Assembly (NCBI GenBank): GCA_030265395.1
Contig: JARFYF010000012.1
Span: 30,325,643-30,389,642, forward strand
DNA length: 64,000 bases
DNA from: Rhina ancylostomus
Taxonomy: Eukaryota
Direction of reading: 5' to 3'
Under the pieces are notes generated by a model. The model was not told where the DNA came from. It worked only from the letters and a program-made list of their open reading frames with translations, and searched no databases. Below, piece by piece: positions 30,001 through 44,411 of the stretch; positions within the stretch are counted from its first letter, which is position 1; every line of letters begins with the position of its first letter. The translations under genes were made by a program, and so were the position numbers.

Positions 30001-32019
30001 ATAAGGTCCATATCCACATTAGGAGGGGTGTCTCTTTTGCAGATGTCCAAAGAATTATCACTCTGCACAAGCTGGTAACTTGTTCAAAGGAATGCAGTAC
30101 TCTGGGGAAGAGAATTGCCTAAAAATTAACTTCACATAACTTGTATCCATCATCTTCACCATTCTAACAAATAATAACAATGACAGCATGGCCATTTCTT
30201 TAAATATTTGATCTGGTTCATTACTAGCTTTCATTTATGCATCTGCAAATTAGTTCTTTGAGTAACTGATTTTTTTTTAGACACTGAGAATTATTCTTGT
30301 GACCCTACTGAACCTTTTCCCTAACTTCTGTATCACGTGAGGGTACCAAAACTGAACATAACTTTCAAAAAGTAGTAACTCTTGTACAAAATATACAAAC
30401 TGATAGCCCATTTACTTAAGGTCATAGCTTCTTGAGATTAGTCCTGAATATGGTCTCCAGGCCCATGGTGTTTTATTTCAACAAAATAATTCAAATGAAG
30501 TTTTACAGCAAAACAATTCGTATAATCCGTGGGTTTCTATGCAACTTCAATTACCAATCATGATTGAATCATGAGAAGTAAAAGTGCATTGAGCAACAAG
30601 GCAGCCAATAACATCTAATTGGGTGAGAATGAAAATCAGTAGAGGATGCATCAGAAAACAGTTTCTTACCAGATACCATCTTTAAAGACAGATGAATAAA
30701 GACTGTATGCAGAAACCATCCAGAAAGTACTAATGCATGCTAACTGTCAGCATAATATTTTACAGTATCTGATGGTTTCAGTATGTCACAGTTACATGTG
30801 TTTATTTACTATTATCACATTCCTGCCTCGGTGAGCATGCTGTAATTGAACCTTCCTGTCAGTGGTGGCAGTGTACAACTTCAGTTTTACAACAAATTCC
30901 TAAGCTTACTAAAATGTATATTTTGCTATTAAACTAAGTATAACATAATTTAAAGTTATATTAAAATTGGTATAGAAAGAGAATTCTACCTGAGTGTCAT
31001 GATCCAATTACCCATCTTCCACAAATAATATGCATAACATAATAAATAAGATTGCAAGAGTACCTGAAGTATGTTGTTTAAGAGCTTTGTAGTGCATGCC
31101 AGGCTATTGCCTTGTGTGAACAGTTGCTTTTTAAAAGCTGTTTTCAGAGGTGCTTTGAGACAAAGTAGATTTCCCTATTGCGGATATAATCACTGGATTA
31201 AGTTGAAAATTTGTCATGTACTTGTAAAATGGCCAATATTTGATGGAAATAGAGTAAGCCAGGTTGCTGTTTATTTTTAAAACCAGTATTTATTGTCATA
31301 ATTGCATCAGCCAACGAGTTGAAGGTGGGGCACAATGTGTGTTTTCCTAGCAGTTTATTATACACAATATCAACTTGCTCAGGAAAAATGTCTATTTAAA
31401 TACTGGAGGAGCCAAACAGTACATCAACCTCTCCCAATTAAAATAAGATTTTCTCAAGTAGAGAATAGTTGTGTATGATTTCCATGGGTAAAATCTATCC
31501 AGGTCAAATACTGTAGTGTGGTTGTCATGCTTGATTGACATAACCAATTCATTTCACTTTGCCTGACCGTAGCATTGACAATGTATCCAATATCTTGCCA
31601 CATCCTATAGCTAGTCTGCACCCAAATCTCCCTTTGGCCCAGCTTCAAGAAAGCATCCACAAGTAATTGACTCCTATTTGCCTAATGTTTCTTCCTCAAC
31701 ATCAATGTGGGTCCTCATTGAGCTTACCTATAATTCAGAATTCACTCTCGTGGGGAGGGGATCATCAAACAACAACTTGTATAGGTATATAATTGCTTAA
31801 ACATAGTAAAATATTCCAAGGTACTTCTGAGGAGCATTTATAGATACAACTTGATACCTAAGTATGTAAGAAGATATTGGAACAACATAATTCTGACAAA
31901 TCATGGCTGAGTGATACCGGAGTTGAGAGCCTGTGGTTATTGCAATGAATTAGAAATCCATTGAAGTTTCCACACAATGTTCTGAATCCTACCAACTATG
32001 AATATATTGTCCAGAAAAA

Positions 32020-33110
32020 AGCAGGTCAAATCCAGTCTACCCAATTACTGTCCTAGAATTTTAGACCATCATTAAGTGATGGGAGATGTCATTGAAGGGC
32101 CTATAAAGTGGCATTTACTTGCCCATAATCTGTTCATTGATTCTCAGTGTAGACATCCCAGCACCCAAAAACTCCTGATGTCAATTCCAGAAGTGAGATG
32201 AGAGTGACTGCCCTTGACATTGAGGCAGGATTTGACCAAATATAGCATCAAGGCACCCTTACNNNNNNNNNNNCAGTGGTTATCAACAGTAAAACTCCAT
32301 TAGCTGGAGTTTTTTTTGTACCAAGGAAAGTGGTAGTGATTGCTGGAGGAGATCAATCATCTAACCCCAGGACATTACAGCAGGAGTTTCAAAGGTCAGA
32401 AGTCGGGTGGGATTGTGATGATTGCACAGTGTTCAATTCCACTTCCAACTTGATAGGAAATGGAGCTGTCTTTCACTGTATGCAGGAAAACCTAGATTAC
32501 TTTTGGGCAGGGGGTGATAAGTGAATGGCAACATTTGCCACCTGCAAGTACCAGGCAAACCTATAACTACCATGGCTCTAAATGCCAGTCTGAAACTGAG
32601 TATCCCACCTCCTGACTCTCCAAAGCCTTATCACTATCCCCAGATAGCAGGTCAGGAATATATTGGGGTACTTTCCGCTTGTATGGAAAATTAGCAGTGC
32701 AACAACACTCGACACTCATCATCCTGGACAATGGAGACCACGTGATTGACACTCAGCCTGCTACCCTAAAATTCCTCCAGTACCATAGCTGCAGTGTGTA
32801 CTGTGTACAACATTATTACTGTTACTGACCAAGGCAGCTTCAATAGCATCTTCCAAATCTGTAGCTGCTTCTGTTGAGGAGCACAAAGTTAACAGGAGTG
32901 TGGGAAGGCACGCTCTCCTTTAAATCACACAATGTCCTGACTTGGAAATGTTATCTCTCTTCCTTCATTGTTGGGTTGAAATCCCAGAACCACTTCAACA
33001 TCACCATGGGAGTACCCTGACTAGATGGACAGCAGTTCAAGAAAGTGCCTCACTATCACCACCTTGGAATCAATTAGGAATGACCAATAAATGTTCTGTT
33101 TGCCTGCAAA
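32020..33110 (+). mobile_element. Degenerate non-LTR retrotransposon (CR1/L2-like) RT and 3' end
   Basis: ALDIEAGFDQI*HQG RT motif at ~32210, decayed ADD motif near 32415, 3' UTR ending caattaggaatgaccaataaatg. Confidence 0.65.
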
Positions 33111-33668
33111 GAGTAGTGGCGCAACAACACTGAATAAGATGCCAATGTAGCCCATGTTCCATAATGGAATTCACAATTTCTGGAACCTGAGTGTAGGCAA
33201 TGGAAGGAATGGCATGCTGCGGAGAGGAGAGTAACATTAGGATGGTGACAAAAGGTCATAATTTGAGAAATATGGAGTTCTCTTTTAGGGCTATTACTTA
33301 CACTGGGAGACAGAGTCAAGGTCTTGAAGGGATTTCATTAAACATGAGGAAAATAATTTTAATTTTGACATTATTTTGGAGCCAAAGCCAGTGTAGATCA
33401 GTACTTATGGTGTGAGAGATACTGAGCACTGTGTGGATCAGGGAGTGGACATCAGAGCTATCTGACTGAAGTCTGGGGAGGGTGGAAGTTTGGGAGATTG
33501 ACCTTTGTACTTCTAACATACTTGCCGTAGTATGTCATACTTTTGAATATCATTTATTCTTGGTTCCCGCATTGGATGCTGTGTTCTTTTGTTAATGGAT
33601 TAATATGGCATTTATTTGAATGCACAGCAGATCTGAGACGCTAAAAATGTGGTTAATTTATTTTGCAG

Positions 33669-33801
33669 GATGAAAGATACCAACAAAAAAAACATTATAT
33701 TTTCTCAGTTCAGAAAAAATGACCGTGATAAACAGAAACTAATCGAGACGGTAGTGAAGCAACTACGCAGTTTGGTGAATGGCATGTCCCAACACACATA
33801 G
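33669..33801 (+). CDS. EXOC6: EXOC6 last coding exon
   Basis: ttttgcag|G completes the Lys codon of the previous exon; MKDTNKKNIIFSQFRKNDRDKQKLIETVVKQLRSLVNGMSQHT*. The ending is EXOC6-type rather than EXOC6B-type. Confidence 0.97.
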
Positions 33802-34850
33802 CCTGTTGCCCTGGTTATTTTGTTCCTACCCTTTGATTCTTCAGCCAGCATTTGTGTACAACAGAATGTAAAAGAATGTCAAGTACCAACAGAGCAAACC
33901 AATTGGGAATGTAAAGGGTATACTGGTATGAAATAAGGGAAAGAGGAAATATTTTATATGTATTTTTCAAATCATGCAAAATTTGGTGTTTAGAGACTTT
34001 CTGAATATGTGCAGTGGTCTTTACTGCACACTGCAAATGTTCATAGTTAATTTGTTTAAGGACACTGGAAAACTAAATGTACATAACACAAGCTCAAATG
34101 ACTGATGGGCAGGGTGAATATGAAGTCAGGTGGGTGTGTTTAAAACATTTCACAGATTTTTGCAAGTTACAGTTGCAATATTTTTTAGTTTGGTAGTTGC
34201 ACTGTAATCTCTAACTTTGTGGATTGACTGTGACATAACTTTGTAAATAATAAACAAAAAGGCATGATGTTCCAGTCTTGCATAGAGTTGGCTGAAGTTT
34301 CTTTTTCACTTTATTGACCACAGTTGTTTGTATGTTTTACCTGCTTTGATGTTCATTCTAATTTTGTTTTCACTGTTCGTATTCCAAAGGAGCTGTTTGG
34401 GAATGTTTTACCACCGTGTTACAGAAATGACTGCACGTAAATTTGTATTTTTTTTGTTTTTACTCAGGGCTATACCACCATGGTGAATTTTGTTGAGTTT
34501 TTTTGCAAAAATATTAAAATTAACCAAAAGCACTATTCTCCAGCATTCAGAAAAAATATAACTTTTGCTTTACTTCAGCCCATTTTCCCCTTTTATACAA
34601 TTTACACCTTAATTCAAAAAAATTGGTGGAAAAATGATAGCAACTTCATTCTGATTTTCAGATTGGATCCTTCTTTGCACAATCAATAGGAAAAGTAGTG
34701 TATAGCATCATTATCTCACTGTTTGACTTCCCAATTTGTTGCCTCTTGTTTATAAGATAGATATTAATGAAGGATATTAAATTCTGTACAGTGATCTATT
34801 GCAGTACTTTATTTCTACTCTGCAATAAAAGTAACCCTGAGCACTTTTTA
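33802..34850 (+). other. EXOC6: EXOC6 3' UTR with candidate polyadenylation signals
   Basis: AT-rich unique sequence after the stop; AATAAA at 34249-34254 and 34824-34829, the latter followed by T/GT-rich sequence. True end inferred. Confidence 0.6.
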
Positions 34851-35009
34851 ATTGTTACTTTCTATGTCTCTATTTTGTTGGATGATGTTTACTAACAGCT
34901 ACAATTTTGCACAAGATTAATATTGATATATTTTGGAATTATGCCATTTCATATTAGCATCTTTCAAGGTACCATCAATATCTGTTGTTCAATTTAAGAT
35001 TTCCCAAAA

Positions 35010-35220
35010 TGTTACTCATTAATGTTTTAATTTTTATCACTCATTAATTCTTCATTATGTGAGTCACCTTCATTATTGCTTTAATATGAGGGTCAATCTC
35101 AATAATGCTTCAACATGAAGGTCACTGTCATTAATCCTCCCAAGTGAAGTCACTCTCATTAATGTTTTAATATGAGAATAACTCTTTATCCTTCCATGTG
35201 AATGCCACTCTCGTTAATCT
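35010..35220. repeat. Degenerate ~29-bp tandem repeat, about 7 units
   Basis: Units such as gtcaccttcattattgctttaatatgagg / gtcaatctcaataatgcttcaacatgaag / gtcactctcattaatgttttaatatgaga. Confidence 0.7.
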
Positions 35221-38200
35221 CTCCTTAAACCTTAAATTTATGGGTCATTCAAGAAGCCTTTGATGCAAACATTTTCATTAATACAAAGAAGCACATTGAC
35301 AGTAGGTTTTTATATAAACTGATAAGTTTAACACATTTTATAACAAAAAAATGGATATTATAGAATGATTATAAGATGGTAAACTAAACCCAAGGTTCAA
35401 GAGTTTGAGGTGCCAAGGAGAATGTGTTTCTGAAAGGAAGACATTAGAGTCTCTCTCTAATGGTTTAGTGGGTCAAAGCAACACCCGCTGTAAGCCTCTT
35501 ATTCTAGATCAACCAAGCATCAGTCTTGCAGCTTGATACCTGTCAAATATTTTGATTAAATTATCATTATTACAGTCACTCTGGCATTATTTACATTCCA
35601 GAAATGTTTTCACATTATCCATTGGCTAAACTAATAACTGTATTCAGGTGAATTACATTGTAATATTGATATTGCTCAAATGCTATCAAACTGTACTAGC
35701 AAAAGGATTTGTAGGGCTGGCAAGATATTGCTAATTTTAAATGATTTAAGAACCCTATTTTTGATTTCCCAAAAGGTCAGTTTCACAATTACATTAATAG
35801 CTTGTGCAAAGCTATTGCTTTAAAATGCTTTTTCACTACTTGCCTATTTTGATTTGGGCATTTTGCATCCAAATAATAATTAATGTTGATATAGTGCCCA
35901 AAATCTCAATACTTTGTAAAATGATTACTGATCATGGGCAGAAGAAGAAACACCTGGGGAAAGATTTTTTTCCCCTTTTCCTATAAACTAAATCAGCTGT
36001 GGCAGCTGATTTGCTTCCCAAAGAATCTTACTGAAGTGATGAGGGTGCTTTAAATTTGGTAATATTAGAAGTTGCAGGAGATTAGGCAAAGGTAGCAGGA
36101 GTATTGGGAGCACTGCAAGAAAGACAAACCCTTAACCTGTTTAAACCCTTAACAAGTAGGCAGCAATTGTAAGAGAAGAATAAGTACAGGAATAGTTTTG
36201 AGGCAGCCAGAGTACCACACATAGATGATCCAAAGAATAATGGGAAAACATATGCCTTCCCCTTCCTACCCTCTACTCTGCGCCCCTCTCACTAAACACT
36301 TAGACAGTAGCCAATAGAGCAGTATGATCTAAATTCTTTTCAATTTTGGATTTAAGAAATTTTTGAAAACTTAAAGAACATTTTTAAGCTTTAAACTATT
36401 GTAAATTGTTATATTGCAAACAGGAGCTCTATGAGGTTGGAGGTTCTGCATGGAGAATTTCTTAATGTGGCTATATTGTTTGCATTTATGAAAGTGATCA
36501 CATGTAAATATTAACATTTTTAATACAAATAAAACGTGTGGTAAAAGTTCAGTATGAAAGTCTTCTACATGATTATCGTTTGGAAAGTTTTTTTCTGAAG
36601 AACTAAGATACTATTTACTAATTTTTAAATTGCTTTCTGATTGCTGCAGCTAAACCGAACCTTTTCAGCTTATTTTAACTTTTAAACTCCATACGACTAT
36701 AAACTTCAAAGATGCTCACAAATAATATTTGCATCCCTAATAAAATTAGCAGTTTCCTCTCCCAGTTCGTTTGTTTTTACGCTCTTTTTATTGTTCAACT
36801 AAATGTGATGTTGATTTCATGTGAATTGTCTTTATGTTGGCCTAATGGCTTTCTTCGTTATGTAAAGTAGTTTACTGATTTAAGTTTCTAGTCTTGGCTA
36901 AGCTTTTATGAATGCACCAAAAAAATTAACTATACAGCAAAACTGGCGTAAAATTAAGCTCAAGAGAAATTTATAGTTGTTTTACCTGAATGACCTCTCT
37001 TGGAATGGGGTTTGATAGCATTGGTTGGAAGGAATGGGGGATTTTTGCAATGTGGACATAGCTTTCATTTGTACAACGCATAAACCTACATTAGATTATT
37101 CTTTAAACTAGACGCGGTGTATATACAATAACTCCCCTATTTTATCAACCCTCGAGTTTCTCGATTTGGTTTTGTTATATAACCCACATAAAGCAAAACT
37201 GACAGATGTTTTCAGATGTGCATTCCTACATTACCAATTACATTTAGAAGGTTGTCTTCGGATGTGCGATTGAACGAAGGCTAAATTTGTTTTTTTAAAA
37301 AACGAGGTTTTGCCTAACAAACTGCTCAGAACCTTGATGAAAGGACAGATTTTGTTTCCGTAAACAAGTTTTAAATGTCCCCAAGAAAGAAGAGAATCGT
37401 ATGATGTGTTCCGTCTCTCTCCGGGAGAATCCGTGTTCTGTTTCTCCTGTGGGTTATGGAGCATGTGGCGGTGTGTGTGGCCCGAATCATCGTATCACTG
37501 GGGTTTCTGCTGGAAAAGGACTGATTCCATAAAGAAAAGACCCACTGAACACTTGTGGATTGTTGTTGTTATTGTTGAATTACAATTCGTNNNNNNNNNG
37601 TAATTATTGAGAGCCACGGGGAAGCGCTGGCGGGATGAGACCCGGTACTCTAAAATTGGTTTCGGATTATGAAAGGGGGTAAATGGATTTCTGATACAGA
37701 GAGCTCAGTGGTTTATCAAAAGATGAAACAACCCGTCCCCTAATTGAGCTGAAAGGAAACCTGGGAAGAAGCTGTACTCCCGAACCAGGAAGATCGAATG
37801 CATTAAAGGCATTTCACTTATCCTCTCCTAACACCGTGCTTCTGCTTGTAAACTAAGCCTCTTCTGCCCCGCTGGATTAGACTGGAAAAAGCCTTGATCT
37901 TCTGCATTTTTCAGACAGCGGTGTGTTACTTTGTGAAGGAGCACACTTTTTTTGCTGACTTTAACTTTAAAGCAATTTATTTCTTCCTTAACATATACCA
38001 ATGCATTTTTTAAAACATCCGTTGCAAAGAAAATGAGAGAATGCAAACAAGCTTTCACCTTGGAATCTCTTAAAACTAAATCATTGCCGGTTGGGTTTGT
38101 CGCAATTAACATATAAGGATGCAGTTATTACTGCAAACTATGCCCCAAAAGGAGTGTGGCCTTTGTAAAGTCCTGTTAGACTCTGAAACACCCAGTATCC

Positions 38201-41200
38201 CACCTTTTAGGATTTCACCACGTGGAATATAATTCCAGTGAAGCGTTAGCCCGACTCTGGGAAGTCCTTAATAGTATCCTGTACAGATCCTGGTGCTGTT
38301 TATTCTTGGAGATGGCGTCTCCACAATCAGGACATTACTGTCTCTCCATTTCCAAATGATAGAAACATTGGAGAATGAAGGCAGCCGGAAATAACCGAGT
38401 CATGTCTACAGGTAGGCATGCGCACAAAGCTAGCCCTTGGTGAAACTTTGAATGAAGTCAGACATGAATTAAAAACAAGGTGATGCTTGGCTGGAAATTC
38501 CACCAAGGATTTTTTTTAAATCTTATCAAGGCGTTGATTGCATTGGAAGATTCAAAGCCATCTGATGATGTAACAGGACACCAATATGTTTAAACCTGAA
38601 ACTGTGTACATTATGTTTTATATTGGCTTTGTGTTTTGATTTGACGAGCCAGACTTGCATGTCCCATGTAAATGCTTTCTCGGGAAACGATCACGAAATC
38701 CTGCAGGCATACACGAATTTCGAAGTAGGTTGCTTACAATACGGAGCTGGTGAACATAGCGTCAGCTGTATCCCGCCTCTGAGTCAATTAAAAAGTGGCG
38801 TAAATATCTGGGAGGTCAATGGAGTGGAAAAGATGCTATATATTCAAGCTTTTATTTAATTATGAATTCATCCTAGATTTTGGGTATTCATATTTTATGT
38901 CCAAGAAATATATTTCAATTAATTTTGTGGTATATAACATGAATTTGTAAAGTTCTTTTCTAAATAATGTTAAATGTTAACGTGAAAGTATGCATGTTGT
39001 ACATTAGAAGAAAACAGAAGTGTTTTCCATTAATTATTTTTCTTAATTTCTATTTCTATTAATGATTGAGCTAAATGTTTTAAGTTATCGCACTAGTCTT
39101 GCAAATATGCTATCTGGTCATGTCATATACAAGAATGCCAGGTACGACGAGCGATCCCTTGGAAGGAGATTGATACCATATTGAGGTGAAACACATTTCC
39201 TGGCAGTATTCAAAGAAACGGAATGACAACAAATTAAATTGTTTTTAATTGGTTTGGAAAAAGCTGACCAAACAAAAAAGCACAAGAGAATTGTCAGGAG
39301 GGCCTTCTGGAACCGAGTGGGAAAGACCACTTCCCTCGGGAGACTGATGTTTCTTTTTACTGTTAAAGGGACACACACAAATATAAGCTACACCAACAAA
39401 TTCCAACAGGTGTTTTCAATAACTGGGGGCGGGAGATGAGATGATGCACCTGGAGCTGGGTGATCAACTAACGACGGTAAATTCAAAACGGCGTATGAAG
39501 GGACATCAGTTAAGTAAAGTGAAGCTGGGTCACTTCGTGTGAAGAGGCTTGAATGTATAACAGAATTAAACCCAGAAAATGCTCTTACTCCCAGTAGGTA
39601 GCGTTTGTAATAACCACGCATGCTTAGGGGTTAAGAAAATCAAACGAGAGTATTTAATGGAAATTGAATAAGAATTTGACTTCAAAAATGAAGTTTATAA
39701 GCCAGAAGGAACTAACTTTTTTTTCCTACGGCGACTACCGGACCCTCTGCTTTCAAGTAGTATTTTCAAGGATTTGGATAAAGCATACTCGCACAGTTGG
39801 TGGTCCGAGTTGAGGAGGAACAGTTCGGAAAGACAAACCCCATTGCGGATAATTAAATCCAAAACCACTCAAATCTCTGCTGGGAGGAAAATAAATATGG
39901 AGGAGGGGAACTATTTTAAAGGTGTCTGGAGTATTGTGGTGGTGGTGGTGGTGATGAAATCTTGGGCAGATGTAAAAAAATATCGACTGCAGCAGAGACT
40001 GGGTTAATAATATTGTACTGCAGACAATCGTAAAGATTGTTGGAAAGAATTTGAGGCCTGGGCAAAAGGTGCACCCAGTGCGAGGAGGGACTATTGCATT
40101 ACAGCGTCCTTACACCCGACCCATATCGGGCAGCAAATCACTGATCTAGCAGTTCGGTATCATAAGTGATAAGTGCATGTTTTTAGGATTTGCCTGTTGA
40201 AGCAACAAGACTGGAAGTTATTAAACAATCTGTTATGAGTCCAATTTACATTACAGATTGTTTCTGTAGCCTGATGGTCAGCATTTTAAGGTGTTTTGGC
40301 AGATTGGTTTAAATACGCACACCTGTAAATGTCAGCGACATTTTCCTTTAAACAGATCAAAGTGACTCAGAAAACNNNNNNNNNNNNNNNNNNNNNNNNN
40401 NNNNNNNNNNNNNNNNNNNNNNNNNNNNNNNNNNNNNNNNNNNNNNNNNNNNNNNNNNNNNNNNNNNNNNNNNNNTGCAAAGTACACAACCAGATTTGTA
40501 TACATCTGCAAATAATATATATTGGAGTGTTTAGAAATATAAAATCAAAACTTTACATGTGATGCCTGTATGAATTGTTTAACATTGTTGATAAATTTCA
40601 ATCCTGATTACTTTTTAACAACATAATTATCTGTTTCAGCAGTAAAGAAAACATTGCAGCTGGGCGAGCGGTTAATGCTCAGTGCAGAGCTGAGTTAAGG
40701 ATCAGGTCTCGCTATATCTGAAGGTTAACTATCAGTGTACGGCTTGAAAGATTAACAGTGCGGCTGCGTAAGGGTCAACACCGCACATAATTGTTTCAAA
40801 TCAATTGTCATTCTTACAGTTTTTTTTAATGGGTAGGTAAACTACTTCTTTGCAGCAATGTTGCACGCCTAATGGTTAATGAAACCACGCCTAATGAAAC
40901 CATCTCCACTGGATGGCTCTCACTAGTGGAGAGTATCCAGGTCAATACAGAATGACACATGCATTGATGATGCATAAATCCCTAGTGCACGTTGCTACGG
41001 TCCAATGCCTTTTACTCGGCGACTAATGGTTATAAGGTGCTATTATATCGCATAAGTCTCCTGAAACAGGCCCTGCGCAAAGCACCGGCCGCTAAAAAGA
41101 GCTTCATCCGCCGCCTCTCTTAATCGATGTCGAGGGTCTAGGAAAAAAACAGGTGAACTTTTCTCCCAAACTTTAATATGAAAAGACTATGATATGTGTT

Positions 41201-41369
41201 TGCCCTGCGATCTTTCAGTCAATGAATTGATTTCCCGTTTGTGAACCATCTTAAAATGGATAAAGTAAGACTCGCCTCTAGCTACTGACTTTATTCCAGG
41301 TTTAAACTCACTGGTTAAGATAACAAAGTGTTCAACTTTCGTCGGAGAACGACGGCAAAGGTATGTGGT

Positions 41370-41790
41370 CTGATTGCCTTTTGGGGGAGGGGGTCTGAAG
41401 GGGCGTGGTCCCGTATTCTTTGGGGTTACTGACTGGTCGATGGTGGAATCTATAGCGGTGGCTGGCTGTGTAGATGTGGAATTGGTGCAGTTCCTGCTAT
41501 TGGTTACCTGTTCTCTCATTGAATTACTGCCGAGTCCTGGCAGCGTCAGTGATCTGATGCACTGACTACTCTCCCACTCAGTCTTCCTCGCTCCTTCGAT
41601 TTTAATCATTGCGATCAATCCCCCCCCCCCAAATCCCTCTAATTTGGCACGGATTAACAGAATCTGATTGTTGCTATTTCACAAAGTATTTAAATTTACC
41701 AACGACGTCATCGGAGGAGGTGGATGGTCCGGTTAGCGAATATCTATAAAACCGCTGTACACAGAAACCCACCAATACTCATCCGGAACA
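41370..41790 (+). promoter_or_regulatory. Candidate CYP26C1 promoter
   Basis: CpG-rich; GC box-like GGGCGTGG at 41401, several ATTGG (reverse CCAAT), CRE-like GACGTCA at 41704, TATAAAA at 41745. TSS not directly observable. Confidence 0.4.
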
Positions 41791-43038
41791 GGTTTATGGT
41801 GGAATTTTAAACGAAAACTACGACACAATCTGATAAAACCGACTTGACTCCTCCGACCTTTCAATTAGTTGCACGTCCGGAAAAAGAGTAAGTTTTTCTT
41901 TAAGATGATTTCTTCCAATAGCCAGTCTATTATTTGTTTTCAGTCTTTCACCGACACGTGTGAATATGGACTGCAAACTTTCACGCTTTGCCGCCGGAGC
42001 TGTAGTCTGGGATTGTGCGCAGCACTGATGTGGCCAACAGATCACGACGCTATTAACTCCAATCAATATCATATTCGCTCTGTTTACAACTTGCAAGGTC
42101 AAAACTAAATCAAAACATTTGGAATTGATCTAGCGAAAAACGAATTCGCTACTGGTAAAACTGTTTCAACCGGAATGTGTTTTAGTAATCATCTCTCTTT
42201 AACAAGGGTTATTGCCTCAGTGTTAACCATACTTCTGGCCTAGTTAGATAAGTGCATGTTTGTGGATTGCTCTGTTTAAATCATACGTTTGTGCGCTGAA
42301 TTGTTGAATTAGGTGTTGCGTTGCCGTTAGGGATAATAGTTCTACTCCCAAAATAAGCCGACCGAACAGGAGATGGTTTCCAACATCCAGTGTTTAAAAT
42401 ATTAACTCTCGAAAAATAAACGCTACGTGGAGAGAAATAAAATGGCTATGCTGTTGAGGAAATCACGGGATATGTGTGGCTCGCCAGACTATAGTACTGT
42501 ATTCAGATATTCTGGAATTAAAGCAAAAGGGAGTTGTTCCTGTAAAAACTTGATAGAGAACAAACGTGCTGCATTTTGCAGGTTCAGACTAACATTCGCG
42601 ACTCCAATTAAATGCTATTTTAGATCCTTTATAAAACTTATTTCCAGTTTTTCTCCTTAACTAACTCGTCCGTCATTAACGACTAAACAAATTTATAATT
42701 TATCCAGCAGATTATAGTTGTGTTTATTAGGTAATTTTTAATACAATCATTCGAAATCTCTGCCATTCTAATAGACACTTTCACGAACGATCTTTGATGG
42801 TTTGAACAGTTTCTACTTTTCCGAAGGCAATCAACCTTTTGTGTGTCGGATACGAGCGGAGACTGGAGATTCACGGAAGAGATCGACTCTCATTAGCCCA
42901 TTCACTGCTTGTTGCCAATGTCGTCTTGATGCGAGGGGAAAAAAAGAACGTCCTTTTAATATTAAAACCTTATCCAGACGCTAAATCCTCCAGTGTGAAA
43001 ATAAAGTTGGCTGTAAATTGCTCTCTGGGCTGCTGGCC

Positions 43039-43242
43039 ATGTTCCTGCCCGGGGTTGACTACCTGTCGGCGCTGGCTACGGCTGTTGCCTCGCTNNNNNN
43101 NGTTCTGCTCCTACTCGCTGTCTCCAGACAGCTGTGGACCCTCGCCTGGAACGTGACCAGAGACAGGGACAACAAGCTGCCGCTTCCCAAAGGCTCGATG
43201 GGCTGGCCACTACTTGGAGAGACGCTGCACTGGATGGTACAG
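43039..43242 (+). CDS. CYP26C1: Cytochrome P450 26C1 coding exon 1
   Basis: gccATG; [19 protein letters not shown]...[47 protein letters not shown]: membrane anchor plus proline hinge ([11 protein letters not shown]); 204 nt, CAG|gtacaa donor; 7 Ns inside. Confidence 0.95.
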
Positions 43243-44186
43243 GTACAAGGCGATAATAATCGTTAGTGAAGCGGATAATCCTGCCAGTGAGGCGTTTTAT
43301 ATGGGGGGGGGAGGGGCGGGTAATGCGTCCGCCCTGGTTGATTACTTCTTCGCTTCTGGTGGATTGACTTGAACACTCGTACGTTAATACTGTAAATAAA
43401 GCTAAATGAAATGATCAGTGTTCCTTACTGCCCTATTCCATCTATGCTGATAAATAACAAGGTGTCCCGCTAAGGCACTTTATGCATTTATTGGCTCCTG
43501 GATTTGTATCTTCCTCCGACAGTTGTTACTTCCTATAAAGGGAGAATTGAAGTGTCTTGAGATTGTCTCCAAACACGTTAGTGTCATAATCTGGGCTCTC
43601 ATAACATCGCCACAATGCTTTGTAAATACATTTGTTTTATTTTTTAGAAGTCTTCATAAACTCGTAGGCGAAACTATTTGGTCGTGCCAGCGTTTAGTGC
43701 CGACTGGTTCGTGAAAGCAAAATCTGTATTAGTACGCACAGCTTAGAGATCAGATGGGTGTGAGCAGATTATTAGCGCGCACATTATAGTAGGAGAGAAA
43801 GGATTGATTTGGGAGTATTCGAGATGAGGGGACGGAAAGGAAACGGCGAGTACCAATGAAGATAACTGTGCAGACGGGATACTCCCCTAACCTGAGTTGT
43901 GAACGGTGAGGCAGGGCAACCGGCGGGATGGGCGCCCTCAGAATGAAATGGCATAAACCCCACTGCGTCAGGCTGTAGTGTGCTCGCTGCTGACTTGGGT
44001 GTGGGTTTTGTTGTGTGAAGGACGAGCAGTAATTGAAAGGTCCGTCCCAAACCCTCGGAAGCACTCTGCGATAATTACAGGTGTTTTCAGATGTAGGAAG
44101 CAGTTTGGATGGGCAGTTAGACTGAACCTCGAGCTTTATGCCAGCTCTCCATTCCCCGTGACTCCTTCCTTCCTTCCTTTCGGCAG

Positions 44187-44411
44187 GGTGCCAACTTCCA
44201 CGCTTCCAGGAGGGAGAAATACGGAAACGTCTTCAAAACGCACCTCCTGGGCAGGCCAGTGATCCGAGTGACAGGTGCGGAGAACATCCGCAAAGTCCTG
44301 ATGGGAGAGCACAGCTTGGTGAGCGCACAGTGGCCCCACAGCACCCGGATCCTCCTGGGCACCAACACGCTCGCCAATTCCAGCGGGGAGCTACACCGCC
44401 AGAGGAGGAGG
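44187..44411 (+). CDS. CYP26C1: CYP26C1 coding exon 2 (GC donor)
   Basis: Pyrimidine tract + cag; 225 nt [75 protein letters not shown]; ends AGG|gcaagt. Confidence 0.94.

Noticed and set aside
41187-41618. 143-aa minus-strand ORF upstream of CYP26C1
   Set aside because: No recognisable homology or splice structure; expected by chance in a CpG-rich promoter region.
42097-42114. Possible DR5 RARE AGGTCA-aaact-AAATCA
   Set aside because: Second half-site has two mismatches; no convincing DR2/DR5 RARE was found by eye near CYP26C1 (TGAACT-n9-TGAACT at 59185 has the wrong spacing and overlaps coding sequence).
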